In this document: positions 7,853 through 17,036 of the stretch, in pieces
Layout: every line of letters starts with the position of its first letter
How positions within the stretch are numbered: position 1 is the stretch's first letter
IMG/VR virus record: IMGVR_UViG_3300032216_000917
Coordinates: 1 to 27,691 of that record
Length of the DNA stretch: 27,691 nt
Strand: one strand, 5' to 3'
Origin: a virus
Taxonomy: Duplodnaviria > Caudoviricetes
The notes under the pieces: model-generated
Database searches by the model: none
Told to the model about the DNA's origin: nothing
The model's input: the letters and a program-made list of their open reading frames with translations, nothing else
Program-made: the position numbers and the translations under genes

Positions 7853-8836
7853 ATGGCAATTGGTTCAGGTATTGGCTCCCAACTTGGGATTGTAGCCGAG
7901 ACAACTTTCAACACCCTCGTCACAGTTTCACGCTTCTACGAGTTCACTTCAGAAAATTTGAAGTATAACAAGAAGACAGCAGTGGGAATGGGTCTTCGCG
8001 CAGGTGGACTTCTTCCACGCTCTCAGCGCAGAGTAGTCACAACAACAGATGCTTCTGGTGACATTATGCTCGACCTTCCTTCACGCGGTCTTGGACTCTT
8101 GCTTTCACAGGCAATGGGATCAGCGCCATCTCCAACAACTGTGACAACTGGTGTCTATTCCTACGCCTTCACACTTGGCGATGTTTATGGTCGCTCATTC
8201 TCAGCACAGGTCGGCGTTCCACAATACGGCGGAACAGTTACTCCAAAGACTCTTGGCGGTTGCAAGGTTTCATCCTTTGAACTTGCAGTCTCAAACGCTG
8301 CAATCGCGACAGGAAAGTTCAACATCGATGCAGCTTCTTTGACCACAGGAGTATCACTCGCAACAGCATCATTTTCAAACTATGCAACAACCAACCTCTT
8401 CAACTTCGCACAAGGCGCAATCACAGTTGATGGATCATCAGTTGCCAACATCAAGGATTTCTCCATCACAGTTGACAATTCAATCAAGACAGATCGTTAC
8501 AACCTTGGATCAGCGGGTATCAAGGCAGAGCAGACAATCAACGGCTTCCGCAAGATTTCAGGCAAGTTGACTGCTGAATTCACAGACACAACACTCTTCG
8601 CTAAGTACCTATCAGATGCGACAACAGCTCTTGTCCTTACCTTCACAGGAGGCGCAATCGCTGGCGGTCAGACAGAGAAGCTCATCATCAATGTTTCAGC
8701 AGTCAAGTTCGATGCTGATACACCAAATGTTGCAAGTCCAGGAGTCATCGATCTTGCAATGTCATTTGAAGCCTATGATGACGGCTCAAACCAGCCATTG
8801 ACAATCACCTATCAGACAGCAGATGCCGCACTGTAA
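7853..8836 (+). CDS. Major tail (tube) protein
   Basis: 327 aa with AGGAG RBS. GSQLGIVAETTF, GCKVSSFELAV, IKDFSITVDN and RKISGKLTAEF are typical of siphovirus tube proteins. Confidence 0.85.
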   Translation: MAIGSGIGSQLGIVAETTFNTLVTVSRFYEFTSENLKYNKKTAVGMGLRAGGLLPRSQRRVVTTTDASGDIMLDLPSRGLGLLLSQAMGSAPSPTTVTTGVYSYAFTLGDVYGRSFSAQVGVPQYGGTVTPKTLGGCKVSSFELAVSNAAIATGKFNIDAASLTTGVSLATASFSNYATTNLFNFAQGAITVDGSSVANIKDFSITVDNSIKTDRYNLGSAGIKAEQTINGFRKISGKLTAEFTDTTLFAKYLSDATTALVLTFTGGAIAGGQTEKLIINVSAVKFDADTPNVASPGVIDLAMSFEAYDDGSNQPLTITYQTADAAL

Positions 8837-9408
8837 TGGCTGATAATGCCTTTGAAATTGACATTACCAGCAAGGATTATGCTCGATTCTATTCTGCAAC
8901 CAGAAAAGTCGAACCAGACATCACAAAGGCACTTCGCAAACGATTGACAACTATTGCAAAGCCAATCACAGCCCAAGTCAAGCAAGCAGCCTTGTCTCTA
9001 CCATCCAAGCAGGGGGGGATGGCAGAAATGGGTGGCAGAGGTGCAGGGGGTCTTGGTCTAAGGCAAGGAATAGCAGCAGCAGTTGAACAAAAAATTCGAC
9101 CAACAGGCAAAAACGGACTCAATGTTCGCATTCGAGTTTCTGGCACAAAGTTTGCCGAGAAGACTGGCAAGCCTCGCAAACTTCCTCGCTATGTTGAAGG
9201 ATTTTCAAAGAAACCTTGGAGACATCCAGTTTTTGCTGATAGCGGGGCAACCAAAGGAACTTGGAAGGGTGTTTGGGTTATTCAACCCGCAACCCCATTT
9301 CTTGTCCAAACAGTCTTGCCGCACAAACCAGAATTTCGTGAAGCGGTATATGATGCCTTCGTGGATGCAGTGCATTCATCTGGAATGTTAGATTCACCAA
9401 CAGAATAA
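8836..9408 (+). CDS. Basic neck/tail-completion-like protein, possibly HK97 gp10-like
   Basis: Basic 190 aa with LRKRL..IAKP, WRHPVF and WVIQPATPFL motifs. Confidence 0.5.
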   Translation: MADNAFEIDITSKDYARFYSATRKVEPDITKALRKRLTTIAKPITAQVKQAALSLPSKQGGMAEMGGRGAGGLGLRQGIAAAVEQKIRPTGKNGLNVRIRVSGTKFAEKTGKPRKLPRYVEGFSKKPWRHPVFADSGATKGTWKGVWVIQPATPFLVQTVLPHKPEFREAVYDAFVDAVHSSGMLDSPTE

Positions 9409-9417
9409 GGGGAAGCA

Positions 9418-9735
9418 ATGCCATTGGTAATCAGGGAGAAGTCTTATGACATCCCAAAAGAAAACGGATCACCAGCTCCAACAGGTCGGGAAATCATCGA
9501 GATTGAAAACGCTTTCAACCTTGACGGATTGACCCTACTTGGAACGCTGGCAAATGATGAGCCAAGCAAATTGCAGGGTTATTCAAAGGTCAAAGCGCTC
9601 TACGCAGTTGCGTGGATTGCTATGAGTCGAGCAGGGGAAACCTTGTCCATCGATGATGTCTTGAATGAATATGCAATTGATGAAATTTTGATGAAGGATG
9701 CTCCAGAAAAAAAAGAAGTAGAAGCCGACTCGTAA
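9418..9735 (+). CDS. Tail assembly chaperone (G form)
   Basis: Acidic 105 aa between tube and tape measure genes, with an A8 slippery run at 9707-9714. Confidence 0.8.
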   Translation: MPLVIREKSYDIPKENGSPAPTGREIIEIENAFNLDGLTLLGTLANDEPSKLQGYSKVKALYAVAWIAMSRAGETLSIDDVLNEYAIDEILMKDAPEKKEVEADS

Positions 9736-9875
9736 GGGGAGGCACATTGGGCAGGATTAGGTCAAACCTTCCTCTCCTGATGCACACATATCCAGGCATC
9801 ACGCCTTTCAATGTGTGGGATATAGAACTTGAAGTCATCAATGATTTGATTGAGGCTGCACAACCAAAAGACTAG
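9418..9875 (+). CDS. Tail assembly chaperone, -1 frameshifted GT form
   Basis: A_AAA_AAA at 9708-9714. The -1 frame reads RSRSRLVRGGTLGRIRSNLPLLMHTYPGITPFNVWDIELEVINDLIEAAQPKD* to TAG 9873-9875, just before the tape measure gene. Confidence 0.75.
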
Positions 9876-9884
9876 GAGATCACG

Positions 9885-11300
9885 ATGGCATTCGATGCTT
9901 CCATTGGCGTGAACCTGATTGGTCGCGATGTTTCGGCTTCTAGTGCAATCAAGGGCGTAGGCGATACAGCCAAATCAACCAGCGACCAGATCAAAGATGC
10001 AGGAGCCAAGGCTGGAATCGCTTTTGCAGCAATCAGCGCTGGCGCTCTTCTGGCAGCCAAGTCAGCAGCTGAAGATGAACAACAAACATCTCAGTTGGTC
10101 AATACTTTGAAGAATGTCACTGGCGCAACCGATGCCACTGTCAAATCTGTTGAGGATTACATCAACAAAACGACACTGGCAACTGGTATCGCCGATGACA
10201 AACTTCGACCAGCATTCCAGCGCCTTGTGCAATCGACCAAAGATGTTGGAGAAGCCCAGAAGCTGACCAACCTTGCAATGGAAATTGCAACAGCCAAGCA
10301 CATCGATGTTCAGGCAGCAGCAAATGCTCTCGCCAAAGCACACGATGGAAACCTTGGCGCACTCAAGCGCCTTGGTGTTTCACTCGATGAAACCACTGTC
10401 AAGAATAAAGATTTCGGTGCAGCAGTTGTTGAACTTGGAGATCAGTTCAAGGGTTCCTTGGCTGCAAATGCCGACACTGCGGCTGGCAAATTGCAGATTA
10501 TGCAGAACTCAATGAATGAGGCGAAGGAATCGATTGGCTATGCCTTACTTCCAGCGCTGACATCATTGACTGGCGTATTTCAGAAAATTGCTCCATTTAT
10601 TCAAGAACACGCAGATTTGATTGGCAAGGCTGTTCTCGTAGTCGGAGCTCTGACTGGGGCGGTTATGCTCGCAGGAGCTGCGGTCAAGGCGTATGAGACC
10701 ATCACAAAGGCGATGGCACTTGCGCAAGGATTGCTCAATGCTGTGATGAGTGCAAACCCAATTGGTTTGGTTGTCATCGCAATTGCAGCACTTACTGCCG
10801 CACTCATCCTTGCCTATCAACATTCAGAAACTTTCCGCAACATTATCACTGGCGCATTTGATGCAGTCAAAGATGCAGCATCAGCTGTTGCCAAGGCTGT
10901 CTCATTTGCTTTCAATGCAGCCCTTGGCGGAATCAAGACGGAAATCAACGCAGTCATCGCAATGGCAAACCTTGCAATCCGCGCCTTGAATTCAATTCAT
11001 ATCAACATCCCATCGTGGATTCCTGGACTTGGCGGCAGGTCATTCGGCATCGATCTCCCAACAATTCCAATGCTTGCCGATGGCGGCATCGTAACCAAGC
11101 CAACTTTGGCAATGATTGGTGAAGCAGGAGCCGAAGCTGTAGTTCCACTCTCAAAGGGTGGATTCGGTGGCGGCATCAATGTCACTGTCAATGTCGGTGG
11201 TTCAGTAGTTCAGGAACAAGATTTGGCGGTATCGGTTCGCGATCAGATTGCAATTTTGATGCGCCGAAGAGGACTCAATCCATCAATCCTGGGGGTCTAA
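9885..11300 (+). CDS. Tape measure protein (short, 471 aa)
   Basis: Ala-rich helical protein with a hydrophobic ANPIGLVVIAIAAL segment and C-terminal LADGGIVTKPTLAMIGEAGAEAVVPL motif; follows the chaperone. Confidence 0.9.
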   Translation: MAFDASIGVNLIGRDVSASSAIKGVGDTAKSTSDQIKDAGAKAGIAFAAISAGALLAAKSAAEDEQQTSQLVNTLKNVTGATDATVKSVEDYINKTTLATGIADDKLRPAFQRLVQSTKDVGEAQKLTNLAMEIATAKHIDVQAAANALAKAHDGNLGALKRLGVSLDETTVKNKDFGAAVVELGDQFKGSLAANADTAAGKLQIMQNSMNEAKESIGYALLPALTSLTGVFQKIAPFIQEHADLIGKAVLVVGALTGAVMLAGAAVKAYETITKAMALAQGLLNAVMSANPIGLVVIAIAALTAALILAYQHSETFRNIITGAFDAVKDAASAVAKAVSFAFNAALGGIKTEINAVIAMANLAIRALNSIHINIPSWIPGLGGRSFGIDLPTIPMLADGGIVTKPTLAMIGEAGAEAVVPLSKGGFGGGINVTVNVGGSVVQEQDLAVSVRDQIAILMRRRGLNPSILGV

Positions 11301-12536
11301 ATGTCACTGCTTGACGGCACAAATGCTCCGACAATCTCGGTTGATTTTGACTTAGGGAATAAAGGGTATTTCACTCTTGGAATTTCCTTACTTGGTGGAA
11401 GCGATGTTCTTGGCGCTCCAGCGACAACTCAATGGTCAACCATTACAACAACAGACATTCGAGCAATCACTATTCGCCGAGGTCGTACTCGTGAAGATCA
11501 AGTCAATCAGCCAGGAGCCTTGAGCCTTACTCTTGAAAATTATACAAGCCAATATGACCCCGACAATTCATCTTCTTCTTATCAATGGAACGGATATTCA
11601 ATCCTTACAAGAGGAATGGGTGTTCGAGTCAGAGCAACTTGGTCAGGAACTGACTATGTAATCTATCGAGGCTATCTTGAACAATTAGACACTGACATGA
11701 GCCTTGATCCAGTTGTGGTGATGCAATTTACTGATGCACTTGCCAAGATTGGCTCATATACAGTTGCAGCCATTTCCTCGGCTTATTCAGGAGATACCAC
11801 TGCAACTCGCGTGGGTCGAATCCTTGATGCTGCTGGTTGGGATGCTTCTTTGCGTTCTCTGACTGGCTCTCGTCAAATGAAGCCAACAACTTATGGCGCA
11901 ACAGCTCTTGCACTATCTGAAGAAGCCAACAATTGCGAATATGGGCGCTTCTATGCTGACAGGCAGGGAAACATCACTTTGCTTCCTTATGAATCACTCT
12001 TGACCACGCCATATCGCTTTACTCTTTCCGATAGTCGCGCTACAGGGACAATTGAATATGACTCTATCGGCACAAACCCAGGAGCTAAATATCTGACAAA
12101 TACTGTTGTCCTAACTCAAGATAATAGCAATTCTCAGACTGCCACCAATACGGCTTCAGTCGGGCGTTACGGAACAGCGCAGAAGGCAGTCACTGCTCCT
12201 TTGCTCAACAATTCAGATGCACTCACAATGGCTCAAATTTATGCCGACAAAAATGCGTTGCCTTCGACTCGCGTAGATCACATTGAATTTGATGCGTTAG
12301 GAATCAGCACACTTTGGTCTTCCTTGCTTCAGACAGACCTTGGGGACAATGTGATTGTCGAACGCACAACCATCGATGCTCGCAACAGAACTTTCACATC
12401 TATTGTCGAGTCAATAGACCTCGACATTACTGCTTTTTCGTGGCGTGTAGGATTAGACTTGTCTCCATCAGCTCGAACAGGCATCTTTATTTTGGGAACT
12501 TCCACACTCGGCGGTTCTGACACCCTCTGGTACTAA
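11301..12536 (+). CDS. Minor tail protein (tail tip/hub)
   Basis: 411 aa directly after tape measure, with ITIRRGR..QPGALSLTLEN and GRFYADRQGNITL motifs. Confidence 0.75.
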   Translation: MSLLDGTNAPTISVDFDLGNKGYFTLGISLLGGSDVLGAPATTQWSTITTTDIRAITIRRGRTREDQVNQPGALSLTLENYTSQYDPDNSSSSYQWNGYSILTRGMGVRVRATWSGTDYVIYRGYLEQLDTDMSLDPVVVMQFTDALAKIGSYTVAAISSAYSGDTTATRVGRILDAAGWDASLRSLTGSRQMKPTTYGATALALSEEANNCEYGRFYADRQGNITLLPYESLLTTPYRFTLSDSRATGTIEYDSIGTNPGAKYLTNTVVLTQDNSNSQTATNTASVGRYGTAQKAVTAPLLNNSDALTMAQIYADKNALPSTRVDHIEFDALGISTLWSSLLQTDLGDNVIVERTTIDARNRTFTSIVESIDLDITAFSWRVGLDLSPSARTGIFILGTSTLGGSDTLWY

Positions 12537-12545
12537 GGAGAAAAA

Positions 12546-13076
12546 ATGGCAACTGGATTCCCAGTCAAAGGCACAGGTGGAGGAACCACTTATGCAAACG
12601 GCAACGCACTTTCAGCATCGGATCTCAATGATGGATTCGGAACGCTCAACTTGCTTGCCGCTTTCTATACAGGAAACCCTGCTCTTTTGGGCGCACTTGA
12701 GACTTGCAATGTTGTGGCATCAGCTGCAACTGGAACAATCAATGTCGATGCCAAAACTTCAACTGTCTGGTATTACACAACCAATGCCAGTGCCAACTTT
12801 ACTTTGAACTTTCGAGGCAATTCAGGAACAACGCTTGCATCTATTCTTGCAACTGGTCAATCAATCACCATTGTCTTCTTGAATACCAACGGAGCAACTC
12901 CTTACTACCCAACAGTCATTCAAGTTGATGGATCAACAGTAACCCCAAAATGGCAAAGTGGCACAGCTCCAAGCGCAGGAAACGCATCAGCAATCGATGC
13001 CTACTCCTTCACAATCATCAAGACAGCAGCAACTCCGACATACACAGTCATCGGTTCACAAACAAAGTTTGCATAA
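12546..13076 (+). CDS. Tail fibre/minor tail protein
   Basis: AAGGAG RBS. GNALSASDLN anchor-like N-terminus, then a beta domain ending PKWQSGTAPSAGNASAIDAYSFTIIK. Confidence 0.65.
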   Translation: MATGFPVKGTGGGTTYANGNALSASDLNDGFGTLNLLAAFYTGNPALLGALETCNVVASAATGTINVDAKTSTVWYYTTNASANFTLNFRGNSGTTLASILATGQSITIVFLNTNGATPYYPTVIQVDGSTVTPKWQSGTAPSAGNASAIDAYSFTIIKTAATPTYTVIGSQTKFA

Positions 13077-13085
13077 GGGGTCACA

Positions 13086-13982
13086 ATGCCAATTCTAGGA
13101 AGTTTTGCAGATGGATCAGCAAGAGCATTTGGATTGACGGCTGGAAGTTTGCCCATAGTTACTGGTGGCACTCTTACTTCTGATGCCACTTACTATTACA
13201 GAACTTTTACTTCCAGCGGAACTTTTACAGTTTCAAACGCAGCACTTATTGCTGATGTTCTTGTTATTGCTGGTGGTGGCGGCGGCGGTGGTGATGTTGG
13301 AACTTCTGGCGGTGGCGGCGGTGCAGGAGGTGTACTTGGTTTTTCATCTCAATCATTGTTCGGTTCTCTGACTGCAACAGTTGGAGCTGGTGGTTCAGCA
13401 GCAGCACCTCAAAGTGGTTCAGGAAATAATTCACAATTAGGATCTCTAACCGCGTCAGTTGGCGGTGGTGCAGGTGGTAGCGGTAATAGAAACGGAATCA
13501 ATGGTGGTTCTGGTGGCGGTGCAGGACAATATTCAAGTACCAATGGAACTGGAACATCTGGGCAAGGAAACAACGGCGGCACTCAGCCAATTGGTGCATC
13601 TCCTTATCCTTCAGCTGGCGGTGGTGGAGCAGGTGGTGTGGGTGGCAATGGTTCAGCTGGCGGTGGTGGTACAGGTGGCAGCGGTGTGAATACTGTTACA
13701 AATTATGGATCCCTTACTGCAACATTTTCTGCAACAGGTTTGGGAGTCAGCGGTTATCTTGCTGGCGGTGGCGGTGGTGGTACTTTTTACAATTCACCTG
13801 GCGGCGCAACAGCGGGTGGCGGTGCTGGTGCACTGGGATCTATCAATGGCTCAGGTGGTAATGGAACTGCAAACTCAGGCGGTGGCGGTGGTGGTACAGG
13901 TGGTGCAAACCCTGGTCCAATTACTAATGGTGCGGGCGGTTCAGGTGCAATTGTTGTTCGTTATCTGAAAACGGCGGTGTAA
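13086..13982 (+). CDS. Glycine-rich adhesin/fibre-tip-like protein 3
   Basis: TGGT..YYYRTFTSSGTF..DVLVIAGGGGGG..NSGGGGGG..GGSGAIVVRY, the common phage Gly-rich domain pattern. Confidence 0.8.
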   Translation: MPILGSFADGSARAFGLTAGSLPIVTGGTLTSDATYYYRTFTSSGTFTVSNAALIADVLVIAGGGGGGGDVGTSGGGGGAGGVLGFSSQSLFGSLTATVGAGGSAAAPQSGSGNNSQLGSLTASVGGGAGGSGNRNGINGGSGGGAGQYSSTNGTGTSGQGNNGGTQPIGASPYPSAGGGGAGGVGGNGSAGGGGTGGSGVNTVTNYGSLTATFSATGLGVSGYLAGGGGGGTFYNSPGGATAGGGAGALGSINGSGGNGTANSGGGGGGTGGANPGPITNGAGGSGAIVVRYLKTAV

Positions 13983-13984
13983 TA

Positions 13985-14320
13985 ATGGCTCATTGGGCAG
14001 AATTGAATTCAAGCAACAAAGTCACGCGTGTTCTTGTTGGTGATAACAACGACTCAAACGGCGATGAAGGCTACAAGTGGCTTATTGACAATCTTGGTGG
14101 CACTTGGATCAAGACTTCTTACAATGCAAAGATTCGTGGCAAATATGCAGGAATTGGCGATACTTATGATGCCGACAAAGACATATTCGTAGCGCCTCAA
14201 CCATTCCCATCATGGATTCAAGATGGTTCATTCTGGAAAGCCCCTGTTGAGATGCCTGTCGATGGCAAAGATTATCGATGGGATGAAGCAACAACATCTT
14301 GGATTGAAATTACCGAATAA
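13985..14320 (+). CDS. Putative fibre-associated/assembly protein
   Basis: MAHWAEL..WIKTSYN..KYAGIGDTYD..PQPFPSW..W.AP..MP..WDE pattern, recurrent after Gly-rich genes in aquatic phages. Confidence 0.65.
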   Translation: MAHWAELNSSNKVTRVLVGDNNDSNGDEGYKWLIDNLGGTWIKTSYNAKIRGKYAGIGDTYDADKDIFVAPQPFPSWIQDGSFWKAPVEMPVDGKDYRWDEATTSWIEITE

Positions 14321-14346
14321 CCCTTCTCAACCCCTAGGAGAGACAA

Positions 14347-14598
14347 ATGTCAGTCACATCTGCAAACTACACAATCACAACAACCCCAAGTCAAGTCTTT
14401 ATGGGTAACGGCGCGACAAATGTGTATCTTCACAGTTCATCAGGAACTTGCTTCCTTGGCGATTCCAATGTGACTCCATCAACAGGTTATCAAATGGATT
14501 CGGGTGACAAATTGGTTCTTTCAACTCACGAATCGGCAATTTACGCTTGCACATCAACTGGAACAACAATTGTGAAAGTTTTGATTGTAACCAAATGA
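14347..14598 (+). CDS. Small beta-rich hypothetical protein, probably virion
   Basis: 83 aa with AGGAG RBS; ATGA-coupled to the next gene. Confidence 0.6.
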   Translation: MSVTSANYTITTTPSQVFMGNGATNVYLHSSSGTCFLGDSNVTPSTGYQMDSGDKLVLSTHESAIYACTSTGTTIVKVLIVTK

Positions 14599-14870
14599 GT
14601 TCAGATGTAGCAACAATCATCTATTCCTATTTTTTCGTGACAGTGGCAGTTCTTGCTGGCATCAGCGTGGTTGCAAGACACACAATCCGAACCCACACTG
14701 ATGAACTCAAGGATCAACTCTCTCGAATCAATTACGCTCTCTACAACGACGGGCAGACTGGTCTCATCAACAAGGTCGATCAATTGATTGAGAATCAGCA
14801 AGCCATCAAGCTCGATGTGGAAATCATGAAGGTCAAGACCGAAACCAAGACAAGAGCGAGAGCCAAATGA
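14595..14870 (+). CDS. Membrane protein with coiled coil, lysis-cassette associated (start revised from 14547)
   Basis: ATGA overlaps at both ends. One TM segment (IIYSYFFVTVAVLAGISVV) followed by heptad repeats. Confidence 0.7.
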   Translation: MSSDVATIIYSYFFVTVAVLAGISVVARHTIRTHTDELKDQLSRINYALYNDGQTGLINKVDQLIENQQAIKLDVEIMKVKTETKTRARAK

Positions 14871-15331
14871 GCCTGACCTCATCAAATGGCTGGACAGCCT
14901 CAGCGAATCAAGCAGAAATTGGCATCAAAGTCTTCACAGTCATTGGCGGCGCAAAGCCAGTCAAACTCAGATGCGCCTCGGCAGTTGCTCCATTACTGGT
15001 TGCAGCTTGCAAGGAATGGAATGAGCGAGTTGAGAAGTTAGAGCCAGGCGAAGTTCAGGGATACGCCTTCCGCGATGTCAGGGGAGGCGCTGGAACTTTA
15101 TCCAATCACGCCTCTGGCACTGCTGTTGACATCTTTCCTGCTCGCCATCCTCAAGGCAGTGCCGATGGCAATCTAAGCAAAGATCAGCAAGCTGCAATCC
15201 TAGACATTTGCAAGAAGTACGGATTGCGATCAGGTGGCACTTACAAGAACGCCAAGCCTGATTGGATGCATATTGAAATCAACATTACGCCAGTCGAAGC
15301 AGCGAAACTCGTTGCTTCTTTGAGAGGATAG
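14867..15331 (+). CDS. Endolysin, M15-family Zn peptidase
   Basis: SSNGW, R..SNHASGTAVD (SxHxxGxAxD) and DWMHIE motifs. Confidence 0.88.
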   Translation: MSLTSSNGWTASANQAEIGIKVFTVIGGAKPVKLRCASAVAPLLVAACKEWNERVEKLEPGEVQGYAFRDVRGGAGTLSNHASGTAVDIFPARHPQGSADGNLSKDQQAAILDICKKYGLRSGGTYKNAKPDWMHIEINITPVEAAKLVASLRG

Positions 15332-15335
15332 GGAT

Positions 15336-15584
15336 ATGAAACTAGACACCAAGAAAATCAACGCGCTTCTCGTTACCTATGGAAGCCTCGCTCTTCCAGT
15401 AGCAATTGCAGCGTTCGCAATGAATGCAAGCACCTTGGTCAAGGTTCTTTCCTTCGCTTCAGGCTTGCTTCCAGTTATCGCTCGTCAAGCAAATCCAAAA
15501 GACCCATTCACAGTCAATCTTCTTGCAATAGCAAAGACCGAAATCGATGCTGAACTTGCAAAGCAGAAAAAGCCAAAGGCGTAA
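15336..15584 (+). CDS. Putative holin
   Basis: 82 aa with two hydrophobic segments, NPKD motif and basic tail; follows the endolysin. Confidence 0.65.
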   Translation: MKLDTKKINALLVTYGSLALPVAIAAFAMNASTLVKVLSFASGLLPVIARQANPKDPFTVNLLAIAKTEIDAELAKQKKPKA

Positions 15585-15587
15585 CCT

Positions 15588-16139
15588 TTGAACATTCAGG
15601 GCTTGACACTCAACCCTGAAACCAAGCAAGTAGCTTTGCATCTCGCCGAGAAGACCTTCGAGCGCTATAGAAACAATCCTGGACATTACAGGAACACTCT
15701 CTCTAGCCACCTTGTCGGTCATCTCGGCGAATTTGCTGCATTCATCTGGCTTCGAGATAACGGCTTCGAGCCAGAGGCAGCATTCTCTGATCCGAGCAAA
15801 GACAAAGAAGCTGACATCAACACCAATGTCGGGCGCATAGAGGTCAAGACTTGGAGTGAAAGATATTGGGAGCAGTGGGGGCGCTGTGTCTCAGTTTCCC
15901 AGTATGCTTCCATCAAACGGAAGGCAGACTTCATCTTCTGGTTATCAGTTGATGAGGTAGATTCCGATACACCAAAAGTTGCTTTCAGGGGTTGGTGCGA
16001 GGTTGACATCTTTGAGGGAATGTCACCTATTATGACTGGGGATCCTGGCAGAGAAGTCAGGAATTACCAATTGCACCCATCTGCGCTGAAGCCAGTTGAA
16101 GAGATGGAGAAGTTGCATGGATCGAGAGAAGACTCTTAG
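15588..16139 (+). CDS. PD-(D/E)XK nuclease-fold protein (start uncertain)
   Basis: GHLGEFAA..ADINTNVGRIEVKT motif. TTG start without a clear RBS. Confidence 0.65.
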   Translation: MNIQGLTLNPETKQVALHLAEKTFERYRNNPGHYRNTLSSHLVGHLGEFAAFIWLRDNGFEPEAAFSDPSKDKEADINTNVGRIEVKTWSERYWEQWGRCVSVSQYASIKRKADFIFWLSVDEVDSDTPKVAFRGWCEVDIFEGMSPIMTGDPGREVRNYQLHPSALKPVEEMEKLHGSREDS

Positions 16140-16374
16140 CGAAGCGATTCGCCTCACAATGAATGACAGAAATGAATCCTACGATGAACCACTACGCAAT
16201 CACACACGCATTGCAAAGATTTGGTCGGTTATCTTAGGAATTGAAATTGATGCGACTCAGGTTGCGCTCTGCATGGCTGGGCTGAAACTGGCTCGCCTTG
16301 CCTACAAATACGATGACGATTCTTTCATCGATCTCTGCGCTTATGCAGCAATCGCCAATGAGGTTCGTCAATGA
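16117..16374 (+). CDS. DUF6378-like small helical phage protein (start revised from 16096)
   Basis: GGAGA RBS. DRNESY..NHTRIAKIWS..QVALCM..LKLARL..DSFIDLCAYAA pattern. Confidence 0.75.
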   Translation: MDREKTLSEAIRLTMNDRNESYDEPLRNHTRIAKIWSVILGIEIDATQVALCMAGLKLARLAYKYDDDSFIDLCAYAAIANEVRQ

Positions 16375-17036
16375 GAAATCTTGTTGTTCTAGTTCCTAGC
16401 CGAAATCGACCACAGAACATTGCTGACTTGATTCAGGCGTTCGAAAAGACCGAGACCGAATCAGATTTGATTGTCATTGTCGATGACGATGAACCTCAGA
16501 TGGATGCCTACTTGCAACTCGGTTGCGATGTGCTGATGGTCGAAAAGCGTGGCAAGGGAATGGCAAAGCCATTGAACTTTGCTGCTCGACACTATGCTCA
16601 CAAATATCGACACTTTGCATTCCTTGGCGATGATCACAGACCACGCACAAAGAACTGGGATGTTCATTTCATCAACGCTCTCGATGAACTAGGCACTGGC
16701 TTGGTCTATGGAGACGACTTGTTGCAGGGTGAGAATCTTGCAACTGCTGTGGCAATGTCTGGCGATATTGTCAACGCTCTGGGTGGCATGGTTCCCCCAG
16801 ACATGATTCACTTATATTTGGACAACTTCTGGATGACACTCGGCAAAGACTTGAATGCTCTCCGCTATATCCCAGAAGTTGTCCTTGAACATTTGCATCC
16901 TATTGCTGGCAAAGCCGAATGGGATGAAGGCTATCGAGATGTCAATGCTCAGGAAATCTACTCAGCCGACAAGCAAGCACTCGATGACTATCTGGCGAGC
17001 GATGCCTATTTCAAACTTCTTGAGGCACTTAGATGA
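16371..17036 (+). CDS. GT-A fold (GT2-like) glycosyltransferase
   Basis: VLVPSRNRP, IVDDDEP, FAFLGDDH, HLYLDN and LEHLHP motifs. Confidence 0.82.
   Translation: MRNLVVLVPSRNRPQNIADLIQAFEKTETESDLIVIVDDDEPQMDAYLQLGCDVLMVEKRGKGMAKPLNFAARHYAHKYRHFAFLGDDHRPRTKNWDVHFINALDELGTGLVYGDDLLQGENLATAVAMSGDIVNALGGMVPPDMIHLYLDNFWMTLGKDLNALRYIPEVVLEHLHPIAGKAEWDEGYRDVNAQEIYSADKQALDDYLASDAYFKLLEALR

Noticed and set aside
9012-9018. G7 run as a phase-variation or frameshift site
   Set aside because: The ORF is intact across it and no useful alternative frame is apparent.
3460-13982. Diversity-generating retroelement acting on the adhesins
   Set aside because: No reverse transcriptase and no near-identical repeat pair differing at adenines was seen.
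15603-15608. TTGACA as a promoter for the nuclease/GT cassette
   Set aside because: No acceptable -10 at 16-19 nt spacing, and it lies inside the ORF.
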